Source of the DNA: Sphagnum compactum
Lineage: Eukaryota
DNA length: 64,000 bases
NCBI GenBank assembly: GCA_965153455.1
Contig: OZ234494.1
Coordinates: forward strand, 4,340,001-4,404,000
Direction: 5' to 3'
The position numbers were made by a program, and so were the translations under genes. This document shows positions 39,401 through 49,743 of the stretch, one piece after another. Within the stretch, counting starts at the first letter, position 1. Each line of letters begins with the position of its first letter. A model generated the notes under the pieces. The model made no database searches. It was not told the origin of the DNA and saw only the letters and a program-made list of their open reading frames with translations.

Positions 39401-42400
39401 AGTTAGATAAGAGCAGCCAGTGGGGTCATGTGTTCCGGATTACTAAAAAGGAGGAGCCCAAGGTGAGGAAGAAATTGACATCACAGTACATCACATTGGA
39501 GACCAGGAAAGATGGCATCAAGTTTACGAATGCCAAATTACGAAGGCTCAGTGACCTTTATACAAAACTAACTGAGCAGTATTCTACCACACAGCGGGAG
39601 CTTGTTTCCAAGGTGGTGGATGTGGCAGCAACATTTGTTGAGGTATATGAGTTGATCTTTGGTCACTGAAAAATGGTTTGTAGTGCTTTCGGTGTGGGGC
39701 TTTGCTGCTATCCCATGCAGTGTGTTGTTTTAGCTCACCTTTGTTCAAGCTCTTCATCTGCTTGAGTGAAGATTGTCCTGGGGGGCTCTCATTTTGAGTT
39801 TTGCACAGATGGTTTGATTTGCTGATAGAAAGATGCATGACAAGGAGAGTCGGGTTGTTTTTTGCAAATGTTCTGGAAGTATATACAGTGTTTGGATCAT
39901 CTGCTACTGTTCTTAACAAGATGTTTCTATTCATGCCCACCTCCAGGTCTTCACTGGAGTTGCGACACTTCTGGCAGACATGGACGTGCTGCTAAGCTTT
40001 GCAGACCTCTCTGTCACCAGTCCAACGCCATATGTTAGGCCTTCAATCACCTCAAGTGTAAGTTTGCAACTTCTTTGAAGGTCTGTTCCAGGCTGTGCCA
40101 TCATGTGCCAAGGACTTCAAACTTGGGCTAAGAAAATTCTTGCTCACAGCTAAGGTACCGTCTAGCATTGTGACTAAGTTTTTCGCTTCCAAGGGTTTTC
40201 ATCAACACTCATTTGATGCTCATGGTGCTATGCTCTGTGCCAGGATGTCATGTTGCATTATTGTATGATAAGATAGGTTGTAGTGTTAGTGCTGACCCTT
40301 GGCTCAGGTATGAGATAGCAAAATCCAGATTTGAGGCATTGCCTTGTGCTGCAGGAAGAAGGAGACCTTCTTCTGGAAGGTAGCCGGCACCCGTGTGTTG
40401 AAGCACAGGAGGATGTCAGCTTTATTCCGAATGATTGTTGCCTGGTATGTCATGTGTATACATTGGCATTATGGGTAGACAGATAATTCATCTGGGTAAA
40501 CTCCCTCAGAAGCAATAACCTGGACTGCTGTAATGTCAGGTGCGAGGGAAGAGCTGGTTTCAGATCATAACAGGTCCCAACATGGGTGGAAAGTCCACCT
40601 TCATCAGACAGGTCTGTCTTCTTGCTGTTATATTGACTTTCAATGTGCACTTGTTGCTCCTTCAAGTAGCTCAGAAAACTTTAGATGGGCTGGAGATGGC
40701 ATATCTTGTATCTAACACAACCTATCAGAACTGGTTTGGGAAGGTATCAGGTTTCCCTTCTTCTGAGCACTCTATAAGGTGGTTGTAGTCAATGTAGGAT
40801 GTATTGAATTGCTGCTTTAACTGCTTGAAAGGACACTATTTCAGTAATAAAGGCAAGCACAATCATCAGCCCCTTCCCAACTCATTCTGTATTTTGTGGA
40901 GTTAAAACTCACTATGAGTTGTTCCCAACGGAACAGGTGGGTGTAAATGTGTTGATGGCGCAAGTAGGGTGCTTTGTGCCATGTGATCGTGCAGAGATAA
41001 GTGTGAGAGATTGTATATTTGCTCGAGTTGGAGCTGGAGACTGCCAGGTGCTTCCCACATCTATGATTGAGGTTTCCTTTCAAGAGCAATTCAGGCAGTG
41101 CATAACGATGGCAAAATTTATAATTCACAAACCTTCTCTGTCCATCATGAGTTGGGAAGCTTATTTCTGTCTGCCGTACGTGATTTATGCTGACTAGATT
41201 TGCACCCATGTTCAGTTGCGGGGAGTTTCAACATTCATGGCTGAGATGCTGGAGACAGCTGCCATTCTGAAGGCTGCCACAGATCGCTCCTTGATTATTA
41301 TTGATGAACTGGGGCGGGGCACTTCAACCTATGATGGATTTGGTAAGAGCAGAGGTGTTTGTGGAATTGAGAGAATGAACAGAGGAATGTTTCTGAAGTC
41401 CTTTGTCTTACATAACCCCCAATGGGTATGTGGAATAGTCTCTAATGTGTGTGGGGGCTGAACACAGGATTGGCATGGGCCATTTGTGAGTACTTAGTGG
41501 AGGTCACAAGGGCACCCACCCTGTTTGCCACCCACTTCCATGAGCTCACAGTTTTGGAGCACTCAACTGGCCCACCAGTGCATGGCCCCCCATGCGGACC
41601 TCCTGTAGGCATCAAGAACTTTCATGTTAGTGCCCACATTGATAAAATCTCTCGGAAACTGACCATGCTCTACAAGGTGAGTTCCTTTTTCTCTTCAAGT
41701 CTCATTGTTTGTGCTAGATACCCCCCTGCATCCCAGCAATCAAGTCTTTGTCAAAGTGTCATTGAAACATTGCTTGCAGAAATTTGTAGGAATCCAACAC
41801 TGGTTCACATCTTGGAGATCCAATGAACAAAGAACATTACTACAGAATAATTTTGACGACCGTAAAACCATCAGGGTCTAGCTGCAAACCCCCTTGAATG
41901 CAGTGTGCAAGAGAACTCTCTCACTTTACCTGTGTGCGATTTGCCATTACTCTTATGAGCCATAGAGTTGATGATTAATCGGTTTGTACTGGAATTGACA
42001 GGTTGAAGAAGGTCCATGTGATCAAAGCTTTGGAATTCACATTGCTGAGTTAGCACGCTTTCCTGAAGATGTAGTAGCACTAGCAAGAAAGAAGGCTGAG
42101 GAGTTAGAGGATTTCTCTTCTACAAATCTTGAAGCTGCAGAAGTGGTAACCATTGACCCTGACCAATGTTTTGCAACATTTTGGTTTTTGTTTTGCAACC
42201 CTTCTGGAAATGCCTTGCAGGTAGGCAAAGTAGTGATAAGTTCGTTTGAAAGTCTTTGTTCCATTTAGATGCCCTGATAGTAAGTTTGAGGGACCCTGCA
42301 TGATGAGGTCAGTTCAAAGCAAGGCCATTACACACTTTCTTGCTGGCAACAGGTTGGAGCAAAGCGGAAAAGAGTTGGTGTTGCAGATGATAAATTGCGT

Positions 42401-42586
42401 GGTGCTGAACGTGTACGGCAGTTCTTGCAAGACTTTGTAGCACTACCATTGAATACCTTGGATGGCAAGGAGGCTATGGGACAATTCCGAGACCTGATGA
42501 GTGGCTTGCACAAAGATGCTGCCAGCAAACCTTGGCTACATGAATACTTGCGCCAGTTCTCCGACATTGTTCCAATTTCCAACTAA
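36434..42586 (+). CDS. MSH2: DNA mismatch repair protein MSH2, about 955 aa
   Basis: Exons 36434-36491, 36832-36881, 37064-37096, 37331-37615, 38069-38343, 38477-38990, 39088-39642, 39947-40057, 40355-40444, 40540-40611, 40937-41047, 41216-41342, 41468-41676, 42002-42145, 42353-42586 total 2868 nt, all GT-AG. Motifs: RFFDRKDYYTAHG, Walker [50 protein letters not shown]. An alternative in-frame ATG lies at 36410. Confidence 0.96.
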
Positions 42587-43513
42587 ATTGTGGTCAGCTG
42601 ATCTCAAGTCATTTGGGGGGGGGGGGGGCGGGGCGGCGAATGAGCTTGTATCTGTCCAAAAGAGAAAACTGTAATATACCCGTCCTACGTACTGGACCAG
42701 TCCATTTCAAGAGAACTTAGTGGTTCAAGAAATCAAGAATGGGAAGACACCCCTCGAGGTGTGAGCAATTTTCCAGCAGCCATGAATCAATGCATGCCAT
42801 AGCCAGGTGCAACTTCCCCGTATGTAATTTTTGTATTGCACAAGGGACATAAAAATTTCCATGGCTGTAAAGAACGCTGCCATGGAAGTTTTGAGTCCCT
42901 ATTTTGCAATTGAGTTTTGTCGGGTTTTTAGTTAGCATTCAATGCACTATACGAATAGATTGTAGTGCTGCGCGGTATAATTGAAGAAGATTTTGTTTTC
43001 CATAAAGATTTTGATCATTTTGTGGCACTCTTGGGACTCAGGAATCTAACTTTCTTCTAAAAATCGTCTTTGGGTCTGGTCTCTTGCTTCCTCACATTCC
43101 TTCCAAAATGATCAAAACTCTAAGCTTCCTTGGGTAATGTTAACATCCCAACTTGCCACTAATTTATTTACAGAGTGTCCTGGAGTCCTTTGAATTTGTA
43201 TGCTATTAATAATATATTTTATCTTTGCCAGTGCTGCTTTGTGCAAATCTGTTGTTGACCATTAAGGTTCCTTTGCTTACAGCGCAGTAAATGTTTGCCC
43301 TAAGTTTTAACTTGTTTTTTGTGAGTGGAAAAAACATAAGATCTATCTCCAATTCCCACATAATGGAGGAGAAGAAAAAGGGGGGAAATAAAACAGTAAT
43401 TGAACAAATTGCACAAATAATAATAGTTTTTATAAATTTTTTAATTGTGTGAAAAGTTTAGAATTTGCGTGGTCATAATCAAGATCCATAACAGAAGACA
43501 AAGTTTGTGTAAC

Positions 43514-43586
43514 GGGGGAGTAGCTCAAATGGTAGAGCGCCCGTTTCGCATACGGGAGGTAACGGGATCGATGCCCGTCTTCTCCA
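43514..43586 (+). tRNA. tRNA-Ala, anticodon CGC
   Basis: 73-nt cloverleaf. Acceptor GGGGGAG/CTTCTCC with the G3:U70 Ala identity pair, D stem GCTC/GAGC, anticodon stem CCCGT/ACGGG with loop TTCGCAT, T stem ACGGG/CCCGT with loop ATCGATG, discriminator A73. Confidence 0.95.
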
Positions 43587-43589
43587 AAC

Positions 43590-43593
43590 TTTT
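43590..43593 (+). terminator. RNA polymerase III terminator (T4)
   Basis: TTTT begins 4 nt downstream of the tRNA discriminator base. Confidence 0.65.
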
Positions 43594-44119
43594 CCCGTTG
43601 TTTGTTTTTCTCCAATTCAACAAATAATACCCTCCTAGTTTTGCTCTTTGTCCTCGCTTCGTTCCTCAGTGCACTCTTTTCTGCTGAGCACATGAAATTT
43701 AAAACATCCTATCAAAAATATGAAGAGAAATGTAATCAAATCAACAAATAACTACTTTCAATATATATTCAAAAATTGAATAAAATGTTTTGATTATTGA
43801 ATGTTTTATTGAAATTATATATTTCAATAATCATTTATTTAGGTGTGGGCCTGGGCTCTTAAGTGTAGAGTAAAGTGAGAATAGATTTTGTTGAGGCAAC
43901 TTAACATCAGAAGGGAACCAAAACTGGGTACTTTTATTATTTCATGCAAGTATTTTATTTTTTTAATTTGAAAATCTAGGTTTTAAAAAAAAAACTATTG
44001 GTTTTAGGGTTAGGGTTATATTTTTTTCTTCTTCATTTTTATTTTTTTTGTGTTTGTGCATTTTCCACTTCCTTCATTTCAGTAAGATTACAGTAGACGA
44101 TCGATCGCACAAAAAAAAA

Positions 44120-44640
44120 ATTTAAATAAATTCCAATGAATCACGGCTTCTACAATCAATGTCTCAGAAAAAATATTTTAAGGTCAAAAGTTTTGGAAGG
44201 AAATGCCAATGACATTCACCCCAATTTTTTTTTTCATTCTTCTATGGATAAAATAATTACAGATTTAAAAAAAATAAAATTCCAACCAATCATGGTTCTG
44301 CAATCAATGCCTCAAAAATTATTTTAAGGTCAAAAGTTTTGGAAGGCAATGCCAACATTCCTATAATTTTTATTTTTTAAAAAATAAAAAAGTTTACAGA
44401 AACTTTTTTTAAAATAAATTCCATAAAAAATCATGGTTTTACAATCAATGCCCCAGAAAAATATTTTAAGGTCAAAAATTTTGGAAAAGAAAGAAATGCT
44501 AACATCCCCGCCCCCCCCCCTCCCCCCCCAAATATTTTTTCAATATTTTTTTTATTGCAGATAAAATAATTGCATTAAAAATATTCAAGTAAATTCCAAC
44601 CAATCATGGTTCTATAGTCAATGCCTCAAAAAACCATTTG
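44120..44640. repeat. Tandem repeat, unit about 140-175 bp, about 3.5 copies
   Basis: aaattcca...aatcatggtt...caatcaatgcctca...ttttaaggtcaaaagttttggaag recurs near 44125, 44275, 44415 and partially near 44590. Confidence 0.85.
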
Positions 44641-45349
44641 AAAAAAAATGATTTTTTTGGGTTTTTTAGTTCATGGCACCAACTTTTGTGCCCACCTAAC
44701 AAAATGTTTAAATAATTTCAACCAATGGAACTTTTTAAGGTCGTGGTTTAATAGAAGTTAAGCCAAGCCCACCTCAAATAGGTGGGCCTAACCTAACCTT
44801 TGTCAGACCGTGAAACATTATCCATAAGCTCCCATTTAAGATTCCATGTCAAGATTTCATCCATCTTCATGTCCGTGGTCCTTGAGGATTTCAAGCTTTG
44901 TGAAGTGAAATTATATTAGTGTTGTGCGGTTACCTAAGCCCAGTTTCGATTAACCAAAGCCTATCCAAATTTGAAATGAAGTTTTAGAACCAAATATAAT
45001 TGAAACTAGGGGTTATTGTAAGTTTTAAAACTGGGGGAAAATCAACCCCCTGAATCGCGAAAAATAATTTAATGGAACCATAACCAGATCTAGTGCCACA
45101 ATTGGCCTGGAACCAGAATTGGACCGGGTTTTTTTTTTTTCAAAATCTTGGTTTCGATTATTTTTGTAGGGTTCAGGGTTTGCGGCTTGGACAACTAACT
45201 TCTTCAATGTCCTTCCATGCTTTTGGTGTTCTTCAACATGGTTAGAGCTTCAAACTCAAGTTGTTTGTTTCTTTGACTTCAAGCTTCCTTTTGGTGCGTA
45301 GTGCTTTGAACTTCAACAAATTTCTTTCAAGGTACATTGTTTCATTAAC

Positions 45350-47050
45350 TTGGTCATGTTCCTGTTCATGTTTGCCATCGCCCTAGTCTTGGTCCTCTTA
45401 TTGTTCATGTTTGCCATCGCCCTAGTCCTAATCTTCTTGTTGTTCATGACCATGAAGTTGATTTTGTTTTGTTTGGTGTTTGGCAATGGGGTTATTATGG
45501 TGACGATGATGTGTGTGATTATGTTCGTGTCGAGTTCATTAGTTTTTGGCAATGGGGGTTGTGGTGGTGCTCATGTTCATGATGTTGGTCGCATTATCAT
45601 CGCATGTTGTTGTTTTTTTTAGGTAAGTTACTCTTTGTTCTCTTGATGTTTGTGTTTGTCATCGCTTTCATCCTGGTCTTCTTGCTGTTTGTGTTCACCA
45701 TTGCCTTCATCCTAGTCGTGTTCTTGTTTGTGTTCGTCATTGCCTTGGTCCTAGTCCTCTTGGTGTTCATGTTCGCCATCATGTTGGTCCTAGTCCTTTT
45801 ACTGTTTGTGTTTGCCATTTCCTTGGTCCTCTTCATGTTCACCATCACCTTAGTCTTTGTCCTCTTGTTATTTGTTTTCACCATCGCCCTAGTCTTGGTT
45901 TTTTTCCTATTCATGGGCACCATCGCCCTGGTCATGGTCGTGTTCTTGTTTGCCATTGCCTTGGTTTTGGTCTTCTTGTTCATGTTCACCATCGCGTTGG
46001 CCCTAATTGTCTTTTTGTTCACGTTCGCCATCGAATCGGTCCTAGTCTTCTTGTTCATGTTCACCATCACTCTAGTCCTCTTGTTATTCATGTTCACCAT
46101 TGCCTTGGTTTTGGTCATGTTCCTATTCATGTTTGCCATCACCTTAATCCTAGTCATCTTCATGTTCATGTTTACCACCACCCTAGTCCTTGTCATTTTC
46201 CTATTCGTGTGTTGGTGCTGATCTTTTTGTTGTTCGTGTTCACCATCGCCCTTGTCTTGGTCTTGTTTTGGTCCTCTTGTTGTTCGTGTTCGCCATCACC
46301 CTGATCCTAGTCATGTTGGTCCTGGTCCTCTTGGTGTTCATGTTTGCCATTGTATTCATGTGCACCATCGCTAACCTTGGTCTTGGTCCTTTTGCTATTT
46401 GTGTTCGCCATCACCTTGGTTCTAGTCACATTTTTGTTTGTGTTCACCATTGCTCTAGTCTTGGTCTTCTTAATGTTTGTGTTCACTATTGTGTTGGTCC
46501 TAGTCGTCTTCTTGTTCATGTTCGCCATCGCCTTGGTCCTAGTCGTCTTTTTGTTCGTGTGCACCATCGCCTTAGTCCTCTTGTTGTTTGTGTGCACCAT
46601 CGCCTTACTCTTCTCATTGTTTGTGTGCACCATCGCCCTAAACCTCATCATCTTGCTCTTCATGTTCACCATCGCCCTAGTCTTAGTCATCTTGTTGTTC
46701 ATGTTCACCATTGCCCTTGTCCTGGTCGTTTTTTTGTTCGTGTATGCCATCACCTTGGTTTTATTCCCCTTATAGTTCATGTTTGCCATCACCCAAGTCT
46801 TGGTTTTCTTATTGTTCATGTTCACCATCACCTTGGTCTTGGTCATGTTTTTGTTCGGGTTTGCCATTGCCCTAGTCCTAGTTCTCTTGGTGTTCGTGTT
46901 CACCATCATGTTGGTTCTGGTTGTTTTCATGTTTGTGTTCACCATTGCATTGGTCCTAGTCCTCTTGCTGTTCATGTTCACCATTGTTTTGGTCCTAGTC
47001 CTTTTTGTTGTTCATGTTCGCCATCGTATTGCTCCTGGTCCTCTTCATGA
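45350..47050. repeat. Codon-phased tandem array (units of about 30-39 nt; consensus about TTGTTCATGTTCACCATCGCCCTAGTCTTGGTCCTC)
   Basis: Dozens of diverged units with lengths mostly in multiples of 3, producing long stop-free ORFs on both strands. Confidence 0.92.
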
Positions 47051-48090
47051 TAGACATGTTTTGGAGGAGTATGTTTTTCAACTTCCACCAGAACACATCC
47101 ATTAGGTCTATCTTGGAAGATGATTCCATTTCCTTAGCATTTAGAACCCACATTCGTTTTTGTTCGGGCAAGGGGACAGGGCTGTGGTTGGTTGTTAGAC
47201 CATCTATCTATTTGTTTTGCATTGCACATTTTACTTTCACCTCAACGTTGCATTTTTGTCTCGGTTTGATTTAGTCATCAGCATCTAGTCTCTTCACATG
47301 TGAATGTGAACACGAGTTTGACACATTTGGCACGCACTTAGTTCATTACCCATTTGGAGGTCAGTGGACAGCCACACATGACGCCATTCGAGATGTCATG
47401 TATGCCTTCACTCGAAAGAGTGGGCACGATGTATGGAAAAAACAATGGTACGCCTTTATGTCAAGAATTTCAGTATGAACTGATCTCTACATGACCCAAG
47501 AGGACCAAGTCCTCGTTGCCGATGTGTGGTTACTGACCCGATGCAAAAGACAATGGTTTTGAATGTCATTATTCAACCAGCAAGTGTAATTGCAGAACTT
47601 AACACCATTGCTAAGATCTGCAAGTATAGAGGGCTTCATGAGGGGCACTATTTTATTTTGATGGCCATGGAGGTGCACGACACACTTGGACGTGATATGC
47701 ATCGTGTCATTAGGGAATGTGCCCATCTTTTCCGTGATAGACGATGAGGAAGTCATTTATCCTTATTTTTTTGCATTCCATTTTTTAAACAACGTGTTAA
47801 TATTGCCCTTCAGTGTGTTTTAACCTCTGTTAGAGAGAGGAAGATTGCGCGATGCGTGTTTTAGACCTCCCATTATTATTAGGTCTCACGATTTACATGC
47901 AAGTGACATTAGGGAGGTCGTGGGTGAGATAGCTTCCTACCACGAGAGAGACTAGCTTTCTCTTTCTTTTTGGATCCCTGCGAGCTGATTGTCATTTGGG
48001 CTTTCTTTGGCCTTCCCTTTTTGTCTCCCCTTGATGGTTCCAGCCATCGATCTTTTATTCCACTGTTTTTCCTCATGCTATGAACACACA
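47050..48090 (+). mobile_element. 5'-truncated, decayed non-LTR retrotransposon with restriction-like endonuclease (CRE-like clade)
   Basis: Translation GKGTGLWLVVRPS...LHFCLGL...CECEHEFDTFGTHLVHYPFGGQWTATHDAIRD...*TDL...VADV/VTDP...AKICKYRG...FILMAMEVHD...KQRVNIALQ. This gives a degenerate CCHC knuckle, then HD, (R)xD...D, KxxKY and FxxxxxE motifs in the order typical of RLE retroelements. No RT core is visible. Stops and a frameshift near 47526 are present. Confidence 0.7.
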
Positions 48091-48355
48091 CAAATATGGA
48101 TTTTGTGCAGGGTTCAGCCCCAGTGTGGGGCATTCCCAAAATAAGTGACCTACACCGAGGCAGTATGAACTCCATACCCCCCCCTCCCCCCCTTATTTTG
48201 GGAATGCGCCCCACCCCGACCCTATCGCTTTACCCATAGCAAAGCACAAGTAAAATCTTTTTTTCGAGAACCATTATTATATACCAGGTTTGGGTCTTTG
48301 AGTTTTTGAGAACCACTATTACGAACCCTAAGAATCTCCCTGATAACTGTCAGGG

Positions 48356-48443
48356 GTCTATTCATTTGTTCTTGTTTCTAATAACTGCGCAAGACTATCG
48401 TCTATTCATTTGTTCTTGTCTCTAATAACTGCGCAAGACTATC
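48356..48443. repeat. 44-bp tandem duplication (1 mismatch)
   Basis: gtctattcatttgttcttgt(t/c)tctaataactgcgcaagactatc occurs twice in a row. Confidence 0.9.
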
Positions 48444-48959
48444 GTAATATCACTCATGGATATAAGTATTAAGGTGCCCTCCAAATACACTTAGGAAATT
48501 TCTCCAAGTGCTTCACAACTACATAGTTAGCAAAATGCTAACATAGTGGGTAGGTGGGTGGGTGAGGAAAGGAATCAGCCAGCCAGCCACCCATGAGGTA
48601 TATTATCAGTTCTTAAACACGAACTTTGGACACTGGGACCTCCAGAAAAATGAGACTTTAGGATATGCTCTCCCTCCCCAATTCCCAACCAAGGTCCTTT
48701 TGGGTATGTGCATGTGTGCATGTGTAATGGGTGCCTGGCCTAGTATTGAACTAGGGTACCAGCAGCAGTTGTACTCCTTGTGGAGCTGCTGCTGCTGCTG
48801 CTATTGATAGGGCCATGTTATGTTGCAAAGACTCTGGTTTCCATCATGGGTGTGTTGTAATAGGCCTGGCCTGGCACTCTAGTACTTAAGAAATGTTATA
48901 AGTTTGAATTTCTTGTATTGAAGGATTTGGAGGAAGAAAAAAAGAAGGCGGATTCACGA

Positions 48960-49051
48960 TAGATATGAGTTTTGATCAAAATTTGAAAACTTACTCAATC
49001 TTGGGTAGATATGAGTTTTGATCAAAATTTGAAAACTTACTCAATCTTGGG
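48960..49051. repeat. Perfect 46-bp tandem duplication
   Basis: tagatatgagttttgatcaaaatttgaaaacttactcaatcttggg occurs twice in a row. Confidence 0.95.
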
Positions 49052-49743
49052 CAAATGCAACGATACAAACATGCACTTGATCTGCATACTTTCCAGTTTC
49101 TCTCTTATCAATGGGAGTTCTTGGATGTAAGGAAAGCATCCCTCACCCATCCCATCCCCTTTATTTTTTTCTTCTGGCCTCTGAATTTCTGTTGTTGTGT
49201 TGTTTTTTTTTGGGTTGGGTTTCTGGTAAGTAGAATTAAGTTAAATTTGAGTTGTATTTGCTTCCCTAACTTGGGATCCTCTCTCTATTCAAGAGCTTGT
49301 TGTCCTCCCTTTCCTAGTCTGAAGACCATCTTAAATTTTGGAGATGTGTTTTTTATCTTTGGGTATGTATATAGTCTGTACTCATTCAAGTACTAGACCT
49401 TCAAGTACTTCCTTCTCCGTTGCAATCTGATGTGGGTGGGTGGTTCTGTATAGCCAACAAAACTGCTAGATTTTGGGCAAAAGAAAAATTGGGGTTTGTG
49501 GAAAATTGTTGATCAATGAACATTCTTGGAAGAAGTTCTATGTATGAGATGATGGCCAGGATCTGAAAGGGGCCTGAACTTGGTGGGGGGTGTGGGGGGG
49601 GGGGGGGGCAATCAGAAGGATCTGAGAGCTGGCTGCAGGAAGAATTTTTCTTTGGCTTGAAGATCGAATCTTTGTGAAGTGGAGGAGGAGGAGGAGGAAG
49701 AAGAAAAAGTTGTTTGGAGGTGTAGACATCCTGATCAGCTAGC

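Noticed and set aside
41560..41612. Pro/Gly-rich stretch [14 protein letters not shown] in the MSH2 ATPase domain
   Set aside because: It lies in a loop that is variable among MSH2 proteins, and all catalytic motifs are intact.
45604..47105. Long hydrophobic ORFs (FMFTIALVLV repeats) suggesting a multi-pass membrane protein, and Met/Asn/Lys/Thr-rich antisense ORFs
   Set aside because: They are by-products of a codon-phased tandem repeat that lacks near-stop codons in those frames. There is no unique domain or promoter evidence.
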